Of a stretch of 64,000 nucleotides of DNA, positions 21,445-33,851 are shown in pieces. This DNA comes from Chrysomallon squamiferum (Eukaryota; Animalia; Mollusca), in assembly GCA_012295275.1 (NCBI GenBank), contig CM022671.1:30876001-30940000 (forward strand), read 5' to 3'. The notes below the pieces were generated by a model. That model searched no databases. It was not told the origin of the DNA and was given only the letters and a program-made list of their open reading frames with translations. How positions within the stretch are numbered: the first letter of the stretch is position 1; the number at the start of each line of letters is the position of its first letter. A program made the position numbers and the translations under genes.

Positions 21445-23018
21445 TAATGAATATATAGCTAAGGCTATAAGAACCAGAATGATCACTGTATATGACTGGA
21501 AACTGAAAACAACCTTTGTTAATATGCCAAGTACATCAAGAACATAACAAAGAAGCATCAAAGCTTGGTTTTTTAAGTTGTGGCTATTTTTTTAGGACTC
21601 TGCTGAAAGAATCATTTGCACAGAGGTGTAACCATCTAAATAATAAAATAAATTAATGTAAATAATCAAATCAATATAATTTTATTGACAACCATTCAAA
21701 TCACACAGTTAAAGCTAAAGTTTTTATTAAAACAGTTAAAAAACTCTACAAAATATAACATATATGTTCAATATATCAAATAATTTATATTCTTTATAAT
21801 ATGTACAGTATTTCATTTAGATACACTAATAATAATAATAATAATTAGAGAGAAAATGTTCCAAACAATCCTTAAGCAGCAGTTTCTTGGGGCAGAGGTT
21901 GGAACAGGATACTGTGAGTTTAAGGAAAGAGTGATGGTGTGTTTCTTTGGGTTGTTTTGCTACAATAAGTATCAACTATGGTAAATGTTTCAGCTCTGAT
22001 GTGTAAAATATGATAAAAAAAAGATATGAAAATATGAAAATAAAAAGTTGATAATAAATGTTTCTCTTCTTGTTGTAATAGCAGTAACAGAAACAATTAA
22101 AGTAACCGAAAAAATAGCATCAGCAGCAACAGTGGCAGTAGTAGTAACAGCAGTTGTAATAGCAGTAGTAGTAAAAGTAGTACTAGCAACAACAGTATCA
22201 GCAGTAACATTAGAAACACCAGTATTAGTATGCATGAAAGTACCTTATACCATATATTTAAACATTTTTGTTAAATTAATTGATACTACTAGTACTAGTA
22301 CTAGTACTAGTAGTAGTAGTAGTAGTATTAATAATAATAATAATAATAATAATAACCACAACAACAACAGTAACAACAACAGTAACAACAACAAAACAAG
22401 ATGTACATTTTTTTGGCCTTCTTGCAATACAATTAGCTTCCTATTTAATTTTTATACTTTGTTATTAGTAAAAAAGTTGTTGTTACAGTTTTATATGGCA
22501 CTATAAATATCATTTTAGGTAACTGAAATATGTGGTTTCCTTTGTAAAAACCTATATAAAAGTTTTGGCTTGTTGCTTTTATTTACTTAAGACGACACAG
22601 TAACCATTGCCAGGGTTGGATTAATACCTCTAGAGGCACAGAAAAGAAGTTGGTGTCTCATTTGTATGTGAATCAAAATATAAACAATACTAAATCATGA
22701 AATAAAATTCATTTATCAAAAGGAAACAAAACTTACAGTAAGCTAATATTTATTTTGGTGTTCTTCCACCATATTTATATTCAGAAAGTTTTCTTCTTTT
22801 TTTTCTTTTTTTTATATATATATATATTTGTTTTTTTTTCTTTTTTTTGTGGATATTATGGAGGCCTCTCAGAACAATTTGCACAAAGTGATTCTTGGTA
22901 AATGCAGTTGTCTGAGTTGCCCCTTTCCTCTGATGGTCTAAGCACAGGTTTATTTTGCATAACGAGTTAATCCAGCCCTGTGTTTTGTTAAAACACTGAT
23001 AAAAAATAAATAAAATCA

Positions 23019-23049
<31 letters not shown>

Positions 23050-23648
23050 ATGTCAGTGGACTCTTTTAAGTAGTGTGCACTACGGTAACAGAAAAAAATA
23101 CATAATGAATAACTAGGTTCTAAGACAAGGACAAATCATACATTTCAGAAAAAAAGGTTTACGATATAAGTCTAAATGTATTTATAACAAAGATATATAT
23201 ATATATAAAAAATTACAACAATAAATAAAATACTGGATAACAAAAATCAATGGGCATATAAAAAAAACTGAACAATATATTTAAATAAATGTTAAAACAA
23301 TATATATAAAAATAAACAAAATGTGGCAGTAGTAATAATAATAATAGTAAGAAGAAGAAGAAGACGACATCAGTTTCTGGTATTTTGGATATATTTTAGA
23401 ATCTGAATTGGAAGCACAGATCTTCACTGACATAAATATTTAAAAATAAAATAAAATGAACTGTATATAACATTTACTATTGCTATAAAACATGCTGATA
23501 AACCCACACACACACATACACACAGAAACACTAATACAAAATACTGCTTCACTCCACATCGGACCATTTTGACTTGATAACAGTTACATCTGCCAACACC
23601 TAACATCTCAGAAATGCCTCTGTAATAAAACGTGACAGTCTTACTGGA

Positions 23649-25107
23649 CTAATAGTCTTTGACATAAACAGGAATATGAGAAGACTGAACCTTCCACTCA
23701 CTGGACAGGCCCTGAGAAACAACACTGTGCAAAGCTGACGTCGGTACATTCATGTGAACACTGTTCATACTGGACACTGCTGGCACATTAGACACAGGTA
23801 CACTGGACATATTAGACATGGAAACGTTAGACATACTGGACACTTGCACATTAGACATTGTGGACGCTGGCAGGTTAGACACATGAAAAGGTATGGCAGT
23901 GAGAGACGACACTGGGACATTGGACAGAGTGGTGATGGTTTCACTGGACATTGACGACACGGGCAAACCGGACATGCTGGTAACTGACGGCATGCTGGAA
24001 GGCGCAGTCGAAGTCTGACAATTAGAAGCAGGGATCATGGACAGGTTTGTGAAAGTGGCCACAGGAATGCTGGGCAAGCCGGGAAGTGAAAGAGTTGTCA
24101 GGCTGGAGGCTGAGACATCAGAGAGATTCACAAAGTTAGACACTGAAGAGCTGGAAGCAGACAGGTGACTCATTGGGATAGTCTGAAGATTGGAGATGGG
24201 CAAACCAGACACGGTTATTTCTTGGTTAGAACTCGAAGCGTAAGCTGGAATCCTGTAAACTTTCCAGTGGTTGCTGTTAGGTGGTGGTTGTGGTTGTGGT
24301 TGTGGTGGTTGTGGTGTTTCAGCCTTCACAGCCTCTGCTGCTGCTTGTATGACCATGTCTGTGGCCATCTGCTCATCCAGAATCTCATCATCATTGTCAG
24401 TCCTATCAACGTGACTCTGAGCAACATCCACCTCCACCTCGTCACTGGTCAGTTCGCGGGGTCTGGATCGACATCTCTTCTTGTGATGTGACATCGACTT
24501 GTGCCAGATGAAGTCCTTTCCACAGAATGGACAGCGATACTTCCTGTCCAGATGCTTGCCCATTATATGCACTCTCAGAGTGTCTGAATTTTTGAAAGAC
24601 TTTTTGCAGTATTCACACACCAAAGGTTCTGGATTCTGATGCCTCCTTAGATGAACTGCTAATCGTGGTCTATACCGGTAGGCCATTCCACAGATGTGGC
24701 AGATGTGGTTTCGAGCTCCTGTGTGTTTGTCCATGTGATCAGCCATTTTGCGCTTGTCTGTGAACTGCTGGGAACAGATGTCACACTTGTATTTGTATTT
24801 CAGTTCGTGGGTGACCTGCGTGTGTCGAAGGAGACTTGACCTGCAGGAGAACTCCTTGCCGCACTGGTAACACAGAAACTTGGCATTGGCATGAGCAACG
24901 TTCATGTGGTCGCGGAGGTCACCTTCGCAGCAGTAACTCTTGCTGCAGACCTGACATGTAGGCTTGCCGATGATGGTGTGAGTGAAACGATGTCGTTTGA
25001 TGCTGGTGCTCCACTCCGTTTTGTAATTACACAGCTTGCAGAAAAATATCTTTCCTTGTTTACCATACTCATTGTTTTCTATGACTGAAATAAATAAATA
25101 AATAGGA

Positions 25108-25139
<32 letters not shown>

Positions 25140-26617
25140 GTACTTACTACTACTACAACTACTACTACTACTACTAGTAATAATAATACAAAACTAAAAA
25201 ATAACAGAAAAAGCAAAAAAGGAAAACATGTTAAAAATACAAACAGCTGTAAATCATTACAGCACCATCATTATTATCTCTGCTGCTGTTGTTACTGCTG
25301 CTGGTTTGATTATTATCACATCATCATCATCATCATTATTAACTTCAACATCATAACTTCCATTTCTTGTCTCACAGATAAAAAAACAAAAAACATGGAC
25401 ACAAAAAACTCACATCGTTGTCGCCCACACCTCTTCACGTGCTGAGTCAGATACTCCTGCTTTGAGAAGCCTTTCTTACACTTAGAGCAGTGATGCAGCC
25501 AGCTGCCAGGGTGCTCCAGCATGTGTTCCTCCAGCTCAGACTTGTAACCGAACACCTTGCTGCACACGGGACATGTGAAGGCAAATGCTCTCTGCTTGTG
25601 GTTGAGGTTGAGGTGACGTTGAAGTCCCTGTCTTGTCTCAAACACCATCTGACAGTCTTTGCACGTGTACGACCGATGCTTGTGTTTCTTGCAGTGGCTG
25701 TTGATGTCATATTTCCTTGTCGTGCTGTAGCTGCACAAGCTGCATTTGTATTTGCCCAGTGTCTTTGTGTAGCTGGCTGCAAACAGAAGAAACGATGTAT
25801 TTGTCACCACAGATTCAGAATATTTACTAATCTGTGCAATGGTGGTGGTATTGAAATGTATTTATTATCTGTATTTTTTTTATTACTTTTATGAAGAAGG
25901 AAGGAAGGATAAAAGGAGGATGGAAAGAAGGAAAAAGAAAAGAATGAATGATAAAGATAGGAAGATACTTATAATCATTTTGACACATTTAACATTAACT
26001 GTATCCTCAGTCTGTCAGGATTTATTTTACATCATATGATCCAACATAAGAAACATGAAAAAAATGTCCCCCAACTGACATCCTTTTCATAAAACTTTAT
26101 TGTTAGGTAAGACTGAGGAACAAAAACAAACAGTAACATAATGACACATTTAATAAAATATAACAGTTTAGGAGTAACATAAAACTTAAAATGTTAGAGC
26201 TTTTAAAGGCACACTTTACAGAATGTAGTAGAATGGAGGGGTTAATTCACAGACAAATCTAGTAAGTTAAATCAGTAGACATTACATATATGTTTACAAA
26301 ATAATATCTACTAAATTCTAAAATATATTTATACATGTTTAAAAATGTTTTAAATAAATAATTACATATTTAAACAAACAGAAAATTAATACTGAATTAC
26401 TAAAGATATTATCATGTGTTACTATAATGTCTTTGTCTTTTACACTTTTTAAAATTAATAAACTAAAAGCTAACACAGTTTTACCTTTCTCAACTATTTT
26501 ATTATTAATATCGGCTGACCCATCACTTGTAACTTTCTTCTTTTTGACTTTGTTTTTTACTGAAGACATCAGTTTCGCAGTTTTCTCATTATTTTCGTTT
26601 TCTTTCAAATCAGTCAT
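23649..26617 (-). CDS. C2H2 zinc-finger protein, 11 fingers (9 C2H2 + 2 C2HC) with Ser/Met/Pro-rich C-terminus; 643 aa from ATG 26617 (true start probably further upstream)
   Basis: Exons 26617-26485, 25776-25414, 25084-23649; GT-AG, phase 1/1, 1932 nt. Fingers include CSLC..H...H, CKDC, CPVC, CSKC..HVKRC, CKLC, CQVC, CYQC, CDIC, CHIC, CEYC, CPFC..HKKRC. Confidence 0.88.
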
Positions 26618-27827
26618 TTTATAGTCGACATCACATTCTTCGACAAACCATCCATCACAGTCTGACCACCAGGTGTCTCTTTTGCCTCTTTTGTCTTTCT
26701 TTTCACACCTGTCATCTTTCTGTCCTCTGATTTTACATTCGTTTGATCCATTTCTTCACAGTTTTCATCATTCTTTAACTCTTTTTCATCAAAACTTCTG
26801 CTCAATGAATTCTCAGTTTTTTCTGTCAACTTTGTGAGAATCAATTTCATTTGACATTTCATCGTTGTGTGACGGTAATGATGCTGAAGAGATTTCCTCT
26901 TCTTTCACAGTGTCGCTGTCAGAGACACCATCATCGATGTTGTTGCAGCTGTCTTTTGAGTGAAGGGAAAGACTTGGGGAAGGGATGAGGAGATCGGAGT
27001 TGTGTTTTTTCGACCGAGATCTCGTACATCTGGATTCTGATTTACTGGAAAGAGGTTTGTGTTCCTTCGTGTAAGTCTGAACATATTTTTTAAACTCATC
27101 CAAACAAGATGTGAAATTGTGGATCAAACTTAAAGCTTTTTTGGTTTGTTTGTTGTTAGGACAGTCTTCAAGCTGAAGAATATAAAATAAATAAATAAAT
27201 AAATAAAATAAATATATAAATACTAATTATTGGTAGTAGTTGTATAAAATAAATCTATAAAATAATAAATTATTAATAGTATTTTTAGTAGTAATAAAAA
27301 CAAGAATAAGAATAATAATAGTAATAATAATAAAAACAACAACAACAATAACAATAATGATAATAATAAAACCATATTAAAATAAAATATATTTTTAAAA
27401 TTTAAGAAATGAACTTTATATTTTTTTGCATTTACTATTAAAATAAAATAAAATAAAATAAAATAAAATAAAATAAAACAAAATAATAGCACATGATAAA
27501 TTATAGCAACTTAACACAAATGACTAATGTTGGAAAACTTGAATCTTAATGTTATTAACTCACAATCGAGGTATCATCCCCATAAAACTCAGTCCCATGG
27601 TGACACAGCATTTAATAAAAAATAAAAATAATTTTTTTTTATCTACAGTATAAGTGAATGAAAAAGAGAAACTGTTACCACTGATAGAGCTGAAAAAACT
27701 GCTGAAGCTGCTCATCAGCAGTGAGTCTTGTTTCAATCAGAACCGAGTTGAACTGGATCAGAGTCTGTTTGTGAACAAGGATATAGGATGTAGCACCATC
27801 ACAGCAAACTGGGCATCCTTCAGGCAT
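26614..27827 (-). other. Frame-broken upstream coding-like region of the zinc-finger gene (exon 27831-27679 plus exon 27172-26485)
   Basis: Strong splice sites: TGCAG acceptor (AG at 27833-27832), GTAAC donor after 27679, TTCTTCAG acceptor (AG at 27174-27173). ORF A (MPEGCPVCC...NKPKKL*) stops at 27130. ORF B (..ALSLIHNF...KVDRKN*) stops at 26813. ORF C (..TENSLSR...MSTIK*) stops at 26614, overlapping ATG 26617. Confidence 0.65.
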
Positions 27828-27898
27828 AGTTCTGCATCGAAAAAAAAAAAAAAAAAAAAATAATGATTATTATTATTATTATTATTATTATTTATAGA

Positions 27899-27952
<54 letters not shown>

Positions 27953-28775
27953 TATAGAATTAAAATTAAAAATTTAGAAAACAAAATATTTATAGATATT
28001 TATTTAAAAACAACAACAAAAAATCCCTTTCAAAACTAAATTAAAAACATGAAAAAAGCAATTTCCTTTGTTTGTTATAGTTACATAATTTCATAAATAA
28101 AAGACACAAGTTAAAATAATTTTATCAGTACATGACAGAACTTTCTTTTATATTCTCCTCTATGACAAAAATGAAAAATATCATCTTCAGTATAAAAGAA
28201 ATCATAGTTTATAATTAGTAATCTTAAATAAATAAAAAAAAACATCATGATAACGGGTATGTATGTGTGTGTATACATAACTACTTTAAGTAATCCTCTA
28301 ACACTGTGCTGGACAGATTACCTAATCCACTATAATAATCCTAATTTAAGCAGTTTAAACTTTCCCACTTATTATATCCTTCAAATACATTCACAGAGCT
28401 AATGTTCTTATTTAATAAGTAAAATGATATGGTTACATTATGTTTACCACACTCACTTTTTTAACATAGAAAATCTGAGACTGTATGTGTGTGTGTGTTT
28501 GTGTATTTTGCTGTATATGGTATGGTGCATAAATAAGATACCTTATTGCTAACAGAATGGCAGCAGCAGATTTCATCTTTTGTGTTTTTATTTTAAAACA
28601 GAATGAATGACATTTAATCCCTCTTAATTAAAAATGCTATGATGTGCATTAAATAAGGTTTAGTGTCAACTAATAACTGACAGTTCATTGTACGTTTCTT
28701 TCGCTTGACAGTATTTTATTTTTTAGTATAATTATCACTGAAAACACCTTGTGGCACCAGTCCACTGCTATAAAA

Positions 28776-28806
<31 letters not shown>

Positions 28807-29258
28807 AATAACAAAATAAATATTCTCAGCTAGCTGCAACAGATCATTTACATATGCACTTCTTCGTTGTTAGGCAATCACTTATTACAGGATGAAAAAA
28901 ACTGGGTGCTTGGACCCTGACAATTTTATACGTTCTATTTTTGTATGTGTGTCTTTGTCGTTACTAGCAGCAGAACAACAAATCGGAATAAACTATTCTG
29001 CTGACAATCCATAAGGATCTAAATTGCAAGATTATTATTATTATTATTATTTGTGAACGTGTTTCAGTCCTTGATGTTGACACGGAATAAGCTAATGTAT
29101 TTACATTCATGTAAAATGCACTATTTATAGTTTACAAAACGGAAAAACATATTCCACGAAATCAAATCACATTACGCTAATATAAGTTATTCGTCCAAAT
29201 TTTTTGACTACCTCATATTTAATCCTTTAGCTGTATATATACATATGTAGATACTTAC

Positions 29259-29362
29259 CAAGTTGTTATTCTAGTGAACATGCAATAAATGCATTATAAA
29301 GGATCTAAAGTTTAATTCATTTAGTCCTTCGTCAATCTTGCTTTCCTGTACCAACCGGAAGT
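29259..29362 (-). promoter_or_regulatory. Probable promoter / non-coding first exon of the zinc-finger gene with ETS/GABP-type site ACCGGAAGT
   Basis: ACCGGAAGT at 29354-29362. A minus-strand GTAAGT donor follows position 29259. CpG frequency rises here compared with the CpG-poor gene body. Confidence 0.45.
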
Positions 29363-30073
29363 AAACAATGAAACCCATAATACAGGCAGCCTGATGGCTT
29401 TTCTTTTTTCTTTTTTTTTTATTATATTTAGAACATTTATTGATTCTGAGCAATATCAGTTTATCTGTCATTTTTTAAGTTTAAAAATTTAATGATGTTT
29501 ATTTTCGTGCGCGCATATTTATGTGCCAAATCTTTTGAGCTAGAAAATGAATACAATGACATTGACGTAAAATCTGTGTTCAGATTGTACATCACTATGA
29601 AGTATGATATTATAAAAAAATAAAAAAAAATTAACAAAAGAAGAATATTTGAAATTTTATACACTTTATTTGAATTGTTTTCTTGAAAAGTTATTTTAAT
29701 CTTTTTGAATATCGGAAATATTTCACATGTCAATGCTAAACAAATTATTGTTTTGTATGGCCTTGTCATGCCTAATTAGCCTATGTGGCGATAGAAATCT
29801 GTACGTGTTCCTGAATGTTTCTTATTTTAGTTATTGTAAAACAATAACTTTGTACAAAAACAATAATAGTAATAAACCCATCATTACAGAAGGGGGTGTT
29901 GGGAGGTATATTATTATCATTACAAATTCTACAATTCATCTTTAACAGGATTGTCAACATGGAGGTTATCTGTAATATTTCCATTTCCAAAACAAACACT
30001 GATATCAAAAATATATTAAATAATAACAACGACAACAACAACAATAATAATAATAATAATAATAATAATTTAT

Positions 30074-31672
30074 CTAGGAATAAAAAAAGATTTTGGATGC
30101 TTCTTTAATAACGTTAAACGTCTTTTCGGTGTGCCTCTGAATGATTTCAATAGCACCGGGTATTTGTTTCAGTTTGTTGACGTTAGCAATACAAATTTTC
30201 ATTGCCTCTGGCGCCTCCGTGCTGTCTAAATTTGACTTCATTACGTCCAGGTTCAGTCTTTTCTCGTCATCAGTGACAAGTTCCACGGAACGTTTCACGG
30301 TGCTAGATTTTTCCAGAATCTCCTTGCACAGATGATTGGACTGGTTGTAAAGTTTGAGAGCTTCCAAGACATCGTCTGCTGGCATGATGGATTTTTCAGA
30401 CACTTCTTTGGGGTCGTATTCGATCTGTATGCTGTACTTCGATCGCTTGACTTTTAGTTCTGCTCCGCCTTATAATAATATTACAATGACAATGGCAATT
30501 ATAATAAGGTTATCAGTATAAGTATTTATGTTTGCATGTGTTTGTTTGTATACGTATATGTCTGCAAGTTTGTACATGGATTATATGATTTAATATTTTC
30601 TAATTATTATTTTATTTGCAATACAAAAATAAAACGTAAAATAATATATAATTACGTAAATTAAGGTAATTCAAGAATTAATAAATAAATAAAAACATGG
30701 TTGCTGGCATACCGCATCCTGAAGCTAGGTTCTTCAAACACGATTCTAAGTCTGTATGGGTTGTTTCCCCTTGTGTGGATGTAATTTGCTTCAATGTCAC
30801 TACCGTTTCATTTAGCTTATTAAATTTACCTAGCAGGTCGTTGTACAGTTTGCTGTGATCCTAAATAAATAAATCAATGACGATGATTATTATTATTATT
30901 ATTATTATTATATGAGAAATGTAAAAACAATATTTTCAGACAGACGGAAAGAAAAAAGAAGAAATTAGAAAGAAGAAAAATAACAACAACAGAAAAAGAT
31001 GAATAAACCGCTAACCTGAAACGTTTTGTCAAGAGATGGAAGAGCGATTTTACTGCAGATAACAGGAACAAGTTGTTCTGCGGATGTAGCTGGAGAAACA
31101 AATAATAATAATAATAACAACAACAACAATAACAACAACAACAACAACAACAAACAACAACAACAACAATAATAATAATAATATTTTATTTCAGGACATG
31201 ATATAAGAATTATAGTTCTTCTCCCCGGTTTGCTTGTGTCAAAAGCATTTATTAATATATAGCTAAACACAGAGCAGTATTATTCATAAACCTTGGGGCC
31301 AGTCAGTTATTTTTACTGCTGTTGTGTGCTGAAGAACTAAAGAACTGTTGGCGCCATCAAATATCTTAAAGCCTTGGGGTTCTGGCTAAACATACATCGA
31401 CTTAAATTTTCGGTTATTTCATCGACAAAGGCCGAACCTTATGTCAAAATGATATATTCTGATAATATTCCTCAGGAGCTGTGAAATTTTGTTTAGAGGC
31501 TAAATTTAGAGCGAGTCTATGACAGAGAGTAATCAAAAATAGCGAAGTTGAAACACGTCAGTGATGTTTCCAATAGTTTCTTCTTTGAAAGTTTAAATTA
31601 ACAGTGTTTATTAGATCACACCCGTAAAAGAGTGTTTCTAATTACGATGTTTTGGCAACAGAATCTAAAACA

Positions 31673-31729
<57 letters not shown>

Positions 31730-32791
31730 TAGTATGTATGTTTTTATATATATAAGTATGTATAAATATCTATCTGTCTATATATATATACGCATACTAA
31801 TATGTGAGTTGGTTTTTTTTTCTTCTTTTTCACTAATTATAGGTGTGTGTGTGTGTGTGTTATTTATGTGGGTAGGTTCGTAGGTATGCATTTATATGTC
31901 TATGAAGAGGTGGATTGATGGATATATGTGGATGTATGTATAAATGTATGTATAAATGTATGTAAATATGTGTTTAGATGTATTTGATCTGTATATGTAA
32001 TTTTGTATGTGTGTATGCGTGTGCGTTTGTGTGTGTTTATTTACAGGACTGTTGTTTTTCTCTTTGCTGCCTTCTGGCTGATTTGCTGTTTAGTTCGGAT
32101 CCAGTACCATGCAGCAGAGGGGTACTCGGAGAGGGTTCTTGGCGAAGTGGCTAATAATATGTAAATAAAATAAAATAAAATAAAATAAAACATTAATAAT
32201 TTTTTAATTATTAAATTATGAGATTAATGTTTTAAATTATATATATATAATAAATTTTTTAAATTATATATATAAAATAAAAACAAAATTATATATATAA
32301 TTTTAAAAATTAATCTAATAATTTAGTAATAAAAAATTATTAATGTTTTATTTTCAATGTTTATTTTATTATATATATATTATTTATTTACTTATTTATT
32401 CATTGATTATTATTATTATTATTATTAATTTGTTCTTCTTCTTTCATTTTCTTTTATTGTTTATAAATAATAATAATAACACTAACAACAAGAACAATAA
32501 CAAAAATCAGTAATAACGATTTTCCGATACTTACCTTTATTTTGTAAAGAAAAAAGGTGTTACGTCCCTTTAAACACAAGTGGTTTTTTTATGTATATAC
32601 TGTATAGGCTTCAGTTTTAATCGAAACAGTATACGCTGTATATTCTAACAAACAACGACATTCTTCGTCGTTAGATTATAAATCTACAGCTCTAAACTTT
32701 GTTAAATTGATGATTTATGAAGAAGAATTAAAATGTTTAATAAAATATCAAATACCTCTTCTGACGACAGACAAGAACAACATCCCCCCAT
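30074..32791 (-). CDS. Uncharacterised 252-aa protein with N-myristoylation/palmitoylation-type N-terminus (MGGCCSCLSS) and helical body, 5 exons
   Basis: Exons 32791-32756, 32150-32045, 31089-31016, 30860-30713, 30468-30074. All GT-AG with compatible phases; 759 nt. Translation: MGGCCSCLSSEEPLRQEPSPSTPLLHG...KIALPSLDKTFQDHSKLYNDLLGKF...DLESCLKNLASGCGGAELKVKRSKYSIQIEY...IKEASKIFFYS. Confidence 0.85.
32182..32354. repeat. AT-rich foldback / imperfect inverted repeat (~66-69-bp arms), possibly a MITE remnant
   Basis: The left arm aaaataaaacattaataattttttaattattaaattatgagattaatgttttaaattatatata (32182-32250) matches the reverse complement of 32289-32354 with a few mismatches. Confidence 0.8.
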
Positions 32792-33312
32792 AGCTGTACT
32801 TCCGCGTCACCTGTCTCGTGACGAGGTTTATATACACTTCTATTCGTCGTCTGCTCAGGTTTCTAGGACACGTGCACATTACGGTTTTGTCATCTGCTGA
32901 CATAATATCCGAATATTGACATTTTTTTATGCTGTAATATTTGCTGTCGTTTAAATGTGTGTGTAAGAGTGTACTTTTGTTTGCTTGTGGTTAAATATAT
33001 GTATGTGTTATTTTAAGTATTTAGCCTAATTTTGGTTTCACTGACCCGCGAATAGTTCGGGTGGGCGAGAAAAACGTTTGTGCGCGTGCGTGTATCTAGG
33101 AAAAAAATCCATGTGTACTAGTGAGATGTCAGTTCAGAGCCATGAATTGATTGGTTATAAAAAATCAGACTTCCATATATAAACCGTTGTGAACTGCTGA
33201 TTACAACACGAAACTACATGTTATTGATTTAGTACATGTTGCTTTGTTTTTTTAGTATTGTTATATTAACGTATTTGCTGTCGTAGTGCGAAATTAATTT
33301 ACATAGAATTAA

Positions 33313-33358
<46 letters not shown>

Positions 33359-33767
33359 TATAAAAATAAAATTTAAAGTAATAATAATAATAAATAAATA
33401 AATAAATAAATAAATATTTAACCCGCACAAACAGATAAATAATAATAATAAAAAATAAATAAATAAATAAGAAAAAGAAGAAAATCGTTGTCACGTAAAA
33501 ATTAATGTCTGCACATTTTCCACCATTTCAATAATTTTTGGTTTTCTATTTTTTATTCACTTTTTATTATCATTTACTAATGATTTTATCAAAGAGTATT
33601 ATTTTCTGCAACGACACTACGACTAATACAGAACGGTAATTCGGTTAATTCCGCGATATAAGTACATTTTCAGATCTATTAGGAGCATCACATATAATAA
33701 ACTGATGCATCTATTTGATCAATAAATTATGATGTAATCCATAGTAGGAATCATTTTTCTTATCATC

Positions 33768-33851
<84 letters not shown>

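Noticed and set aside
26750-26815. Selenoprotein or TGA=Trp readthrough: six TGA and no TAA/TAG interrupt the frame shared by ORF B and the main zinc-finger ORF
   Set aside because: The TGAs are simply out-of-frame NNT-GAN codon pairs of the acidic ORF C. No SECIS was identified, and other genes here use TGA as a normal stop.
26620-26900. A hidden intron removing the in-frame stops in the zinc-finger 5' exon
   Set aside because: On the coding strand the region is purine-rich, lacks a polypyrimidine tract or good donor, and does not resemble this genome's AT/microsatellite-rich introns. Not formally excluded without RNA-seq.
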